A stretch of DNA of 64,000 nucleotides from a virus, in the IMG/VR virus record IMGVR_UViG_3300019776_000521, positions 9,556 through 73,555 of that record; one strand, 5' to 3'. The notes beneath the pieces were generated by a model, which did not search any database, had not been told where the DNA came from, and saw only the letters and a program-made list of their open reading frames with translations. This document shows, piece after piece, positions 1 through 8,312 of this stretch. The position numbers and the translations under genes are program-made. The stretch's first letter is position 1. Each line of letters begins with the position of its first letter.

Positions 1-951
1 ACAGTGTCTGGTCGATTGAGTTCTTCGGACCCCAATCTACAGAACATTCCTGCTGGTTCCATGTATGCCAAGCTCATCAAAGAATGCTTTGTTGGTCCTG
101 AAGGCTGGCTCTTTGCAGGTGCTGACTTCAACTCGCTTGAAGACTACATCTCTGCATTGACCACCAAGGATCCCAACAAGCTTGCTGTGTACGAGCGTGG
201 GTTTGATGGCCACTGTCTCCGTGCAGCGTACTACTTTCGTGATCAGTGTCCCGAGATAGATCTCAACGATCCTGTTTCGGTCAACACAATCAAGAAGAAA
301 TACCCTCAGCTACGCCAGGATTCAAAAGGACCAACATTCCTGTTGACTTACGGCGGCACTTATCACGGGATGATGAGCAACCTGGGTTGGCCGGAAAACA
401 AATCCAAGGAGATCGAAAAGGGCTACCACGACCTCTACAAGGTGTCTGACGAGTACGTTCAAAAACGTCTTCATCAAGCAGCCAAAGACGGCTTTGTTGA
501 AGTGGCATTTGGCTTGAGAGTCAGGACTCCCCTGCTTTCTCAAGTTGTGTTTGGCACTCAGGGTATGCCTTACGAGGCTGCAGCTGAAGGACGCACAGCC
601 GGTAACGCAATGGGCCAGTCATACGGCCTGCTGAACAACCGTGCTGCAGTTGATTTCATGTGCAAGGTCTGGAAGTCCAAGTATCGATACGACATCAAGC
701 CTATCGCCTTGATCCATGACGCTATATATCTGCTCATCAAAAATGACGTAGAGGTTGTCGAGTGGGCCAATCGAGAACTCATCAAGTCGATGCAATGGCA
801 AGAGCTTCCAGAGATCCAACATCCCACAGTAAAACTGGGCGCTGCTTTGGACATCTTTTGGCCTAGCTGGGCAAATCCAACGACCATTCCCAACAACGCA
901 GATCAAAAAACCATCTTGGAGTTGTGCTCCAGAAAGGAATCAAGCCTATGA
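1..951 (+). CDS. Family A DNA polymerase, C-terminal part (5' truncated by window)
   Basis: SGRLSSSDPNLQNIP, motif A GADFNSLE, motif B RQDSKGPTFLLTYG, motif C IHDA; frame open from base 1. Confidence 0.95.
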   Translation, partial: TVSGRLSSSDPNLQNIPAGSMYAKLIKECFVGPEGWLFAGADFNSLEDYISALTTKDPNKLAVYERGFDGHCLRAAYYFRDQCPEIDLNDPVSVNTIKKKYPQLRQDSKGPTFLLTYGGTYHGMMSNLGWPENKSKEIEKGYHDLYKVSDEYVQKRLHQAAKDGFVEVAFGLRVRTPLLSQVVFGTQGMPYEAAAEGRTAGNAMGQSYGLLNNRAAVDFMCKVWKSKYRYDIKPIALIHDAIYLLIKNDVEVVEWANRELIKSMQWQELPEIQHPTVKLGAALDIFWPSWANPTTIPNNADQKTILELCSRKESSL

Positions 952-1094
952 CTCGCAGAAGTAACTACACAACGATCGCCAATGATCGTCTCGGCTGGCA
1001 CAACTATTACACAAACCAATTCAACAAGAATCCCAGTGAGCATGCTGAACAGCTGGCTTGCTGGTACTTGATCCTGCATCTGGCTTTTGACTAA
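948..1094 (+). CDS. Small hypothetical protein (48 aa)
   Basis: ATGA overlap with the pol stop; followed by a terminator. Confidence 0.5.
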   Translation: MTRRSNYTTIANDRLGWHNYYTNQFNKNPSEHAEQLACWYLILHLAFD

Positions 1095-1114
1095 GCTACC
1101 CCATTTCCTCCCTT

Positions 1115-1141
1115 AGCCCTCTTATGAGGGCTTTTTTTTTT
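1115..1141 (+). terminator. Rho-independent terminator
   Basis: AGCCCTC-TTAT-GAGGGCT followed by a T run. Confidence 0.8.
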
Positions 1142-1155
1142 ACTGAAAGATTCCC

Positions 1156-1683
1156 ATGCGTTTAACCAACACAATCCGTGATGCATTTATTCGTGCAGCA
1201 ATGAATGACGTTCCCTCTGTCGATTACGTAGAAGAAGTTCGGAAAGTTTTGACTGACGATACGATTGCTGGTTTACCTCAAGCCATCAAGGATATTGCCA
1301 AAGATCCTGTTCTATCTGGCTTCTTGCACAGTACATACGGTGGGTTTAATACCCGCATGTGCAGCGTCAGCTATATCGCTAACCGTCACCAAGAGCATCG
1401 TTTGAGCATGACAGCTCAAAAAACGGTCGATGAGCTGATAGCAAAGCATAAAGCGCAAACCGAGCAACGCAATACATTAAACGGAAAACTGCGTATTGCA
1501 GCCTATGGCTGCAATACCCGTAAAGCTTTGGTAGAGCTTCTACCTGAGTTTGAAAAATACCTGCCTGCTGATGAAGCCAAGGCAATTACCCAGAACCTTC
1601 CTGCAGTAGCCAATGTGCTGTCTGATTTCGTGAAAGCAGGCTGGCCTAAAAACCAACCCAAGATGCCCAAGGTCACACCATGA
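1156..1683 (+). CDS. Hypothetical protein, Nmad5-like
   Basis: MRLTxxIRDxxI start and C-terminal LxELLPExEKYLP pattern resemble the Nmad5 family (from memory); RBS-like GAAAG. Confidence 0.55.
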   Translation: MRLTNTIRDAFIRAAMNDVPSVDYVEEVRKVLTDDTIAGLPQAIKDIAKDPVLSGFLHSTYGGFNTRMCSVSYIANRHQEHRLSMTAQKTVDELIAKHKAQTEQRNTLNGKLRIAAYGCNTRKALVELLPEFEKYLPADEAKAITQNLPAVANVLSDFVKAGWPKNQPKMPKVTP

Positions 1684-2042
1684 GCGACAAATCTTACGTC
1701 GGCATGGGTTACTACGTTTGCCCTGTGTGCTGCACCAGGCACAGTCCTGAAGTGCTCATCAACACGCGAATGAAAGACACCCTCACTTCTGATGAGACGC
1801 TTGCTTGGGCAATGTGTCCTGAGCACAAAAAGCTTCACGACGAAGGCTACGTTGCATTGATCGAATGCACAAACCAACCAAGCTCAATGAACGATGCACA
1901 GCGTACAGGCCAGATTGCGCACGTTCGATCGAGTGTATGGCCTCAAATCTTTGATGCTTCTTTGCCTCCCAAGTTGCTTGCTTTTGTAGAGCCTGCTGTC
2001 ATGACTGCGCTCAAGAAAATGCAAGCCGAAGAAGAGCCATGA
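1680..2042 (+). CDS. Hypothetical protein, putative Zn-binding
   Basis: CPVC...CPEH; ATGA-coupled to both neighbours. Confidence 0.7.
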   Translation: MSDKSYVGMGYYVCPVCCTRHSPEVLINTRMKDTLTSDETLAWAMCPEHKKLHDEGYVALIECTNQPSSMNDAQRTGQIAHVRSSVWPQIFDASLPPKLLAFVEPAVMTALKKMQAEEEP

Positions 2043-2299
2043 TCTTCACGACAAAAGTCAACGGCATACCTTGCAAGTGTCGCGTTGATCATTTTGTTCC
2101 TGGAGTTCCAATGCGTGTGTACGGCACTGACATGGGGGATGCAGATCCTCCTGAACCGCCAGAGTTCACGTACACGCTGCTCGACAGATCTGGGCGCCCT
2201 GCTCCTTGGCTTGAGAAATACGTCACCGTTGAGGTCTATTCCAGGCTGCTGGAAGAGTTTGAAGTTGAAATGAAAAACGACTACTACAACCCATACTGA
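2039..2299 (+). CDS. Hypothetical phage protein
   Basis: ATGA-coupled ORF in the operon. Confidence 0.65.
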   Translation: MIFTTKVNGIPCKCRVDHFVPGVPMRVYGTDMGDADPPEPPEFTYTLLDRSGRPAPWLEKYVTVEVYSRLLEEFEVEMKNDYYNPY

Positions 2300-2300
2300 A

Positions 2301-2525
2301 ATGCTGCCTGACACGTTTCTACGTACAGAAGAAGTTCAAGCCCTGACCAAGCGGACGGTACGTCCAGCGCAGGTCAGGGTATTGAAAGCAATGGGCATTG
2401 AACACAGGGTACGTCCTGATGGCAGCGTTGCTATCCTCAGAGCACACATCTCCAAAGTGTTCGATGGCAATCCTGAAGTCACCCGTCAAACCAAAACAGC
2501 TACACCCAACTGGGATGCTATGTAA
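2301..2525 (+). CDS. DUF4224-like putative excisionase / recombination directionality factor
   Basis: Small basic protein FLxxEEVxxLT...QVRVLKAMGIEHRVRPDG; TAATG overlap with the integrase start. Confidence 0.75.
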   Translation: MLPDTFLRTEEVQALTKRTVRPAQVRVLKAMGIEHRVRPDGSVAILRAHISKVFDGNPEVTRQTKTATPNWDAM

Positions 2526-3616
2526 TGCCTCGCAAACGCAGCAAAGACAACAAGGGTCTACCTGCTCGCTGGAGACACACTCATGGAGGCTACTACTACC
2601 AGGTTCCTCCTGGCTTGGAGCACCTATGGGATGGCAAGAAAACCTTTCGTTTGGGAGCCAAGCTCAATGAAGCCTATCAAGTATGGGCATCACGCCTTGG
2701 CAAGGTAGATCAAGCCAAGACGATCGGACAACTGCTTGATCGCTATGCCCTTGAAGTTATCCCAGCCAAAGCAGCTGCAAGCCAAAACAGCAACCGCAAT
2801 CAGCTGCAGATGCTCAGGCGTGTGTTTGGTGAGCACCCTCTCCTTCCGTTTGTTCCCCAGCTGGTCTACCAGTACGTAGACAAGCGCAGCGTCAAGAAAA
2901 AGGATCCAGACACTGGCAAAGTCACTGGTGGAAGGATTGCAGCCCATCGTGAAATCGAACTGCTGTCGCATGCGTACACCAAAGCAGTCGAATGGGGCTA
3001 CATCGATCGCCATCCATTCAAGAACGAGGTAAGGCTCTCTGGTGAAAAGTCCAGAGACCGCTACATCGAAGATTGGGAAGTCATTGAGATTCTCTCATTG
3101 GCTTCACGTAGGAAGGCTGGAAGCGTTTTAATGATCCAAGCCTACCTTCGCCTCAAGCTCCTCACTGGAATGGCTCAGGGAGACCTTCTGAGGCTTCAGG
3201 AGAGCCATATCAAAGAAGACGGCATCCACAACCAACGGCACAAGACTGCAAACAGCACCGGCAAGAAGACCATTTACGAATGGTCACCCGAGCTTCGTGC
3301 TGCAGTAGTCCTGGCCAAGAGATCACGACCAGTGCACATCTCACCTTTTTTGTTCTGCAACAGAGACGGTGAGAGCTATGTGAACGAAGAAACTGGAGAA
3401 GCTGCTGGTTGGAAATCCATGTGGCAACGATTCACTCAACGAGTGATCAAAGAAACCAAGGTCACTGAGCATTTCACTGAACACGACTTTCGAGCCAAGG
3501 TAGCCAGTGATGCTAAGACTCTGGAACACGCAAGATCTCTATTGGCTCATGCCGATAGCAGAACTACTGACAAGGCTTACAGACGAAAGGCTGAGAGGGT
3601 TTCTCCTCTTCGATAA
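2525..3616 (+). CDS. int: Tyrosine recombinase / phage integrase
   Basis: N-terminal arm-binding-like region; HDFR (HxxR); LLAH...TTDKAY (H and Y). Box I reads TGMAQGD, with Ala at the usual Arg. Confidence 0.9.
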   Translation: MPRKRSKDNKGLPARWRHTHGGYYYQVPPGLEHLWDGKKTFRLGAKLNEAYQVWASRLGKVDQAKTIGQLLDRYALEVIPAKAAASQNSNRNQLQMLRRVFGEHPLLPFVPQLVYQYVDKRSVKKKDPDTGKVTGGRIAAHREIELLSHAYTKAVEWGYIDRHPFKNEVRLSGEKSRDRYIEDWEVIEILSLASRRKAGSVLMIQAYLRLKLLTGMAQGDLLRLQESHIKEDGIHNQRHKTANSTGKKTIYEWSPELRAAVVLAKRSRPVHISPFLFCNRDGESYVNEETGEAAGWKSMWQRFTQRVIKETKVTEHFTEHDFRAKVASDAKTLEHARSLLAHADSRTTDKAYRRKAERVSPLR

Positions 3617-3618
3617 AC

Positions 3619-3987
3619 ATGAAAATCAAACTGAGCGAAACCACACCGCTCCAGATCAACTATCTGGTGGCGAAGTGCCAAGGGGTGAAGTTGCATCCAG
3701 TACCACAAAGCGGAGTGATGGAGATTCATTTCTCAGAGCCGAATGGTTGCGCTACTTACCAACCATCGACCGACTGGGCCCAAGGTGGGCCGATCATCGA
3801 AAGAGAGAAAATTGAACTTAAATACCTTGGCTACGACAATCCCCCGTACTGGGGCGCGTTGAAGTTTTCCCCGAGCAGTTACGAGCGTAAAAAGGCTATT
3901 GGCCCCACACCCCTAATCGCAGCCATGCGCTGCTTCGTGGCCAGTCAGCTGGGCAATGAGATTGAGGTGCCTGATGGACTTATCTAA
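3619..3987 (+). CDS. NinX/DUF2591-like phage protein
   Basis: YQPSTDWAQGGPIIEREKI and GPTPLIAAMRCFVASQLG motifs. Confidence 0.8.
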   Translation: MKIKLSETTPLQINYLVAKCQGVKLHPVPQSGVMEIHFSEPNGCATYQPSTDWAQGGPIIEREKIELKYLGYDNPPYWGALKFSPSSYERKKAIGPTPLIAAMRCFVASQLGNEIEVPDGLI

Positions 3988-4189
3988 CTACGTGGTCTTG
4001 TACCGCATCGAGAAGATCATGACTCCGCTTGATACCCCCTTTGGCTTTCAATGCTGGGCAGACAATGCAGATCATGCCGAAGAACAGTGCATCAATGCCT
4101 ATCCAGACTGCGATGTAGTCTGGGTATGGGAAGGTCCAGAAGGTGTCGGTATGCAACCAGCTTTGGCTGACTACTGGGGGAACACCTGA
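3974..4189 (+). CDS. Hypothetical protein
   Basis: ATG 3974 after GAGGTG; FQCWADNADHAEEQC motif. Confidence 0.6.
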   Translation: MDLSNYVVLYRIEKIMTPLDTPFGFQCWADNADHAEEQCINAYPDCDVVWVWEGPEGVGMQPALADYWGNT

Positions 4190-4276
4190 TGGGCTACTGT
4201 GATCCCAAAGCCATACGCAACGGAAAGGCTTGGGCTGATGTCGTCAACAAGACGCCCATGAACCCACCCCCAAAAC

Positions 4277-4494
4277 CTGTACTATTGCCAAAACCCAGTT
4301 CTTTGAAAATCAAGGACTTACCGACTTAGGATGTGGCCAAAAATAGTACAGCCACCATCATCCAAGTTGCTGATTCCACAAAGGAAATCGAATCCAGGAC
4401 CATCTGGCTACGAACCAACAGTCTGAACCCGCAAAGCCAGTATTCATGCGGATCTCCAGACACTGCTGTAGTATTGAAAGGCTGTTGTACTATA
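4277..4494. other. Putative attP site
   Basis: Arm-type repeats CTGTACTATT 4277-4286, perfect inverted copy 4342-4351, degenerate copies 4466-4475 and 4485-4494; IHF consensus matches 4308-4320 and 4363-4375 (reverse); core TGGCTACGAACCAA 4405-4418. Confidence 0.75.
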
Positions 4495-4501
4495 GATGCA
4501 C

Positions 4502-4578
4502 GCGCCCGTAGCTCAGTTGGATAGAGCGTTCGGCTACGAACCGAAAGGCCGGGAGTTCGAGTCTCTCCGGGCGCGCCA
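4502..4578 (+). tRNA. tRNA-Arg (anticodon ACG)
   Basis: Full cloverleaf: acceptor GCGCCCG/CGGGCGC, D arm GCTC/GAGC, anticodon arm TTCGG-CTACGAA-CCGAA, T loop TTCGAGT, encoded CCA; 77 nt. Confidence 0.97.
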
Positions 4579-4583
4579 CCTCT

Positions 4584-5033
4584 TCACACCGTGTTGAGGC
4601 AAGCCATCTCACCATGCAGCTTTTGTGCTGCCCTGTTGTAGGCCACTGCAGCTTCTTCTGCAGTGTCAAACCTACCCAGGTAGTGAGGCTTCTGGTTGAT
4701 CTTGATCCTGGCCTCAAAACGACCAGCGTTCCTGTAGACCCCTTTGTACTTGATCTCGCCCCTTTGCTGAGGCTGGCGATTACAGGCATTGCCTGATCGA
4801 TCCGTGATTCTCAAGTTGGCTTTCTGGTTGTCCAACTTGTTGTGCTTGCGATGATCAACCACTTGATCCCCCACTGCACCCATCACTAGACGGTGCATGC
4901 GGATCTTTTTGCCTTTGTGGTTTGCTACTGCATAGCCTTTGTCAGATAAGTGCCAAGTAAATTGGCTCACTCTTTCAAAGTCTTCATCGTCAATTAAAGC
5001 AAACCCGCCTTCTACAATTGCAATTTCTTTCAT
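4584..5033 (-). CDS. HNH endonuclease with C-terminal AP2 domain (free-standing homing endonuclease)
   Basis: RMHRLVM...VDH...NKLDNQKANLR; YKGV...YLGRFDTAEEAAVAYNRAAQKLHGE. Confidence 0.92.
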   Translation of the reverse strand: MKEIAIVEGGFALIDDEDFERVSQFTWHLSDKGYAVANHKGKKIRMHRLVMGAVGDQVVDHRKHNKLDNQKANLRITDRSGNACNRQPQQRGEIKYKGVYRNAGRFEARIKINQKPHYLGRFDTAEEAAVAYNRAAQKLHGEMACLNTV

Positions 5034-5077
5034 ATGCCCCTTAATTTACGAACCAGTAGGCATTCTATCAAAACCAT

Positions 5078-5338
5078 ATGAACCAAGTAATCCCAATCCC
5101 ACCCATTGTCAGCACCGTAACCACTGTCCACGCAGTCGATCGCTGGAAAGAAGCCGTTGTCAACGAGCTAATGACTGCTCACATCTACGGAAGCAGCCAC
5201 CAACACGATCCCAAGAAAGCCATCCAAGATGTCATTTCCTGGCATGTGCAAGTAGCTTTGGACCCTCAAGTCTCCAGCGATGCTCAAAAGCTCATCGATC
5301 GTGGTGCAGCAGAAGAGCGTGCAAGGCTTCAGGGATGA
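5078..5338 (+). CDS. Hypothetical protein
   Basis: ORF with coupled downstream ORF. Confidence 0.6.
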   Translation: MNQVIPIPPIVSTVTTVHAVDRWKEAVVNELMTAHIYGSSHQHDPKKAIQDVISWHVQVALDPQVSSDAQKLIDRGAAEERARLQG

Positions 5339-5550
5339 GCCAGAAAGCTCCAGGAGACGCGATCGCGGCCAAGCAGGGCCATCGGTACACCTACAACAAT
5401 CACAGCGTCCTGGCCCTCAATACAGGCCGCATCGTCAGGATCCTGTCTTTTGATCCTGCCAAGCCTTGGTTTGGAAAGATCCAAAAAGTACCTGCTTGCT
5501 TTCTTACACCTGAGCCTATGGCCTACTTCCATGGAGAAATTCCACAATGA
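5335..5550 (+). CDS. Hypothetical protein
   Basis: ATGA overlap at 5335; 3' part of the listed 4939..5550 ORF. Confidence 0.55.
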   Translation: MSQKAPGDAIAAKQGHRYTYNNHSVLALNTGRIVRILSFDPAKPWFGKIQKVPACFLTPEPMAYFHGEIPQ

Positions 5551-5720
5551 CCACAAAAGCTATTTCCCCGTTCAGCCTGGACTACGTGAGCCAGCTGAAG
5601 CCAGAACGCAAACAACCCTTCAAGAGGGTTGTGTTGACTCAGCCACCTGTGAATGCCAGATCGAACATTGCCAGCGTGGATGAAGGCAAAGCTGCTCGGC
5701 TTCGTAAAGCCAACATCTGA
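5547..5720 (+). CDS. Small hypothetical protein (57 aa)
   Basis: ATGA overlap, GGAG RBS, ends abutting the Rz stop. Confidence 0.5.
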   Translation: MTTKAISPFSLDYVSQLKPERKQPFKRVVLTQPPVNARSNIASVDEGKAARLRKANI

Positions 5721-6227
5721 CTACCGGCTCAAAGCTTCCCTGGCTTTGTTGTACTGCCTGTAGCAGGCTGCAAGCTGTAGTCGAATGGTGTCGGCTCGGA
5801 GAGCTTCTTCCACATCCTCCGATCCAATCGTTCCAGGAAGCTGGGTTCCATCACTTCCCTGGGTAGCTCCTCCAGTGCTGGCAGCTGCGGAGGCTTTGGG
5901 CATTGGGGAACTTGTGGCTCCGTTTGCTTCAGCGTTGAGCAACCTCCTAAGAAGAGAATCACGCTGAGCAGTAAGATTCCTGATTGCTTCATTGGTTTCT
6001 TTCCGGGTTACTGCCGACGACAGGCCAAGATCCTGCTCCGTCTTTCTTACCGATTCGATCGCGGCTGCAACAGCTATCGCTGTTGCCGCTCGCTCACTTG
6101 CTATCTCCAATTCCAAGCCAGCGACTTCAAGCTGACTTTTGTGCAGGCGCATTGTCTGCGCTACCAGCAGACCGCCGATCACAACCAGCAATGCGATGCC
6201 GAGGTATTCTTTGATCGCATCAACCAT
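5721..6227 (-). CDS. Rz: i-spanin (Rz-like)
   Basis: N-terminal TM helix then coiled coil; directly downstream of the endolysin. Confidence 0.85.
   Translation of the reverse strand: MVDAIKEYLGIALLVVIGGLLVAQTMRLHKSQLEVAGLELEIASERAATAIAVAAAIESVRKTEQDLGLSSAVTRKETNEAIRNLTAQRDSLLRRLLNAEANGATSSPMPKASAAASTGGATQGSDGTQLPGTIGSEDVEEALRADTIRLQLAACYRQYNKAREALSR
5729..5992 (-). CDS. Rz1: o-spanin lipoprotein (Rz1-like) embedded in Rz
   Basis: Signal peptide with lipobox LGGC, Pro-rich mature part, nested in another frame. Confidence 0.85.
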   Translation of the reverse strand: MKQSGILLLSVILFLGGCSTLKQTEPQVPQCPKPPQLPALEELPREVMEPSFLERLDRRMWKKLSEPTPFDYSLQPATGSTTKPGKL

Positions 6228-6720
6228 TGATTACCTCCATGCAGGAGGCGTGTGATTTGAGCCTGTCTTTCCACAATCCAGAACAACTCCTGTTGCCTGG
6301 TGCAGAGCAATCCTGTCCATTGGACCTGTTCCACATCAGGATTGCGTTGCAGGCTCCTGCATAGTCTTCCGCGTTCAATCGCTTGACCAGAGTCGAATTG
6401 CAGAATGCACTTGAGCCAATGTTGTAGCTCAGGTTCACGTACAGATCGTACTCAGGCTGACTCAAGGGAACCTTGACGCATTGCTTTAAGGCTCCTTCAA
6501 ACTGGTTGGCATCAACCAGTGCACGCTGAATAGCGGGGACTACCTTGAGAGAGTCTCCCTGTTTCACACCTTCGGTCGTACCAAACCCAACGGTCGGTAC
6601 TTTCCATCCATAGGTGGGATCAGGATAAGCTTTCTCACGATAGTCTTCACGCTGAAGGATTCCCAGGAATCCAGCAGCTGAAAGCGCCAGTACGCCAACA
6701 ACCATTCGAGGATGCTTCAT
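6220..6720 (-). CDS. SAR endolysin, GH24 lysozyme
   Basis: Gly/Ala-rich N-terminal anchor, E...D...T triad (QRE...YPD...PT), YNIGSSAFCNSTL motif. Confidence 0.92.
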   Translation of the reverse strand: MKHPRMVVGVLALSAAGFLGILQREDYREKAYPDPTYGWKVPTVGFGTTEGVKQGDSLKVVPAIQRALVDANQFEGALKQCVKVPLSQPEYDLYVNLSYNIGSSAFCNSTLVKRLNAEDYAGACNAILMWNRSNGQDCSAPGNRSCSGLWKDRLKSHASCMEVING

Positions 6721-6950
6721 TCGTACATCCCCATTCGACGGTAGTGCTCAGCCTCTTCTCGCTTGTCCTGCTTGTGCTTGTAGTACCAGTTGATGGCAAA
6801 GCCTCCCAAGCCAAGAGTGATACCGAGAAACACTCCAAACTCGCTGGAAAGCAGCCACCCAAGGACACTGGTGCTTGCGCCTGTGTAGGTAGCTTTGCTG
6901 CCTACTGCTGACATCGTTGCATCGAATGTAGTCTGTTGTTCTGGTGTCAT
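6717..6950 (-). CDS. Holin
   Basis: 77 aa, TM segment, INWYYK plus charged tail; ATGA-coupled to the endolysin. Confidence 0.85.
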   Translation of the reverse strand: MTPEQQTTFDATMSAVGSKATYTGASTSVLGWLLSSEFGVFLGITLGLGGFAINWYYKHKQDKREEAEHYRRMGMYE

Positions 6951-7012
6951 AGATAAACTTTCTTTTTGGTTTTAAAGCAAATACTTGCTAAACATTGTAC
7001 GTTCACGCTTAT

Positions 7013-7765
7013 TCACTGAAAATGACGCGAAGGGGAATCTGTACGAATCAGGCGGATAAATACAGCCCCTACATCCAAGTGCCACCAGTGAGTTCTGAAG
7101 TCGGCTTGCCCTGGATAGTCGTGGTGAGTTTTATGCTGCCATTCGCCCCCTGTGGGAAAAAGAAACTCCAACCAGGGTAGATTCCTAGCACCACCTTGGC
7201 GGCGGTGACTAAGAAGTTGGTGAATAACGCCAAAAGCTTGCGCAGTGCCCATTGGCATAAGGTACGCAAACAAAAACACAGTTGGAGATACGAACAGCAG
7301 AGCGCCAGCGTACACCCCCCACAAAGCAAACCAGTAACGGTGAATAAAGTCTAGCGTTGGGTCTCCAGCTATTTTCTTTACTCGCTCCATAACCATGGGC
7401 ACCCGACGGAACTGCTTAAAAATTAGGTACTTCCAGTTGACTTCGTGTGGATCAAGATCAGTATCGGCGTGGATGTGGTGAGTGGTATGCGCAGAAGCCC
7501 AGACGTAGGGCGAGCCATACAACAAAGTCGTGCTGTAGAACGCTATGAAGTTGTGCCAGAAGCGCGAAGTCTTGAACGCTCCATGGGTGAAGTATCGATG
7601 CAGCCCACCAGACACAATAGCCGTGTTGAAATGGTGAATGAAGAACCACGCTAAAAGCCACCAAGGACTCACCAGGCCCGCTGTTGCGAGGGCCACCCCA
7701 AAGACAACGCCAATCACCCCGATTACGTATCCAAAGCCTATATGCCACCCTGCATGCCTAAACAT
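7013..7765 (-). CDS. Membrane fatty-acid desaturase (delta-9/acyl-CoA type)
   Basis: His boxes HRYFTH, HTTHH, GGEWQHKTHH; DxDPH motif; several TM segments; AGGAGG before ATG 7765. Confidence 0.9.
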   Translation of the reverse strand: MFRHAGWHIGFGYVIGVIGVVFGVALATAGLVSPWWLLAWFFIHHFNTAIVSGGLHRYFTHGAFKTSRFWHNFIAFYSTTLLYGSPYVWASAHTTHHIHADTDLDPHEVNWKYLIFKQFRRVPMVMERVKKIAGDPTLDFIHRYWFALWGVYAGALLFVSPTVFLFAYLMPMGTAQAFGVIHQLLSHRRQGGARNLPWLEFLFPTGGEWQHKTHHDYPGQADFRTHWWHLDVGAVFIRLIRTDSPSRHFQ

Positions 7766-8312
7766 AAGCACCTCCTAACAAAAAGCCATATACAAACCCA
7801 GAAGCAACCATCAAAGAGCCGTCAGCAACAAACGCTGTTCCGGCTGGGTGCGGCCCCAGGTCGCCCGTGCAAGTGATAACTCGCTGTCCTGGCTCAAGTG
7901 TAAAGGTGTCACCGTCTTCGATGCGAAGCACCGAGAGGTCAGGCAGCGCTGCGCGGTTAGCGTGCCAGTTGAAGCACCAGAACTCCAACTCCTCCATCAC
8001 GGTTGTCGTGATGCTTCCGGCTGGCGTGTCTGGCCTGTCGCCAGAAAACATCCCCGGAACACGATCAGGGTAGGCAGTTCCATCCTCATGGATCAGAGTT
8101 GCTCGACCACGAACGTACAGCGTCAGGTTGCAGGACTTTGCACGCGGAATAGGCGCTGCTGCACGAGTAACCAGCTTGCTGCCCACAGGCATGACGTGAC
8201 GATGCACTTTCCAACCAAAAGCCATCATGGGCTGCACAATGATATGGCCCTGTTGAGCCTCTTCATGCGCCCGCCACTGCTGGCGCGTTGGTACGCTAGT
8301 CAGTGTGGTCAT
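7758..8312 (-). CDS. Hypothetical protein, possibly cupin-like
   Basis: Overlaps both neighbours; beta-rich pattern (TLYVRGRA, ELEFWCFN). Fold is a guess. Confidence 0.6.
   Translation of the reverse strand: MTTLTSVPTRQQWRAHEEAQQGHIIVQPMMAFGWKVHRHVMPVGSKLVTRAAAPIPRAKSCNLTLYVRGRATLIHEDGTAYPDRVPGMFSGDRPDTPAGSITTTVMEELEFWCFNWHANRAALPDLSVLRIEDGDTFTLEPGQRVITCTGDLGPHPAGTAFVADGSLMVASGFVYGFLLGGAYV

Noticed and set aside
1156-1683. Nmad5-like gene as evidence of DNA hypermodification
   Set aside because: No modification enzymes in the window; thyX and dut point to ordinary thymine DNA.
4333-4524. 63-aa ORF across attP
   Set aside because: Overlaps the att signals and the tRNA; no protein features.
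5729-5992. Fully nested gene
   Set aside because: Standard embedded Rz/Rz1 spanin arrangement.
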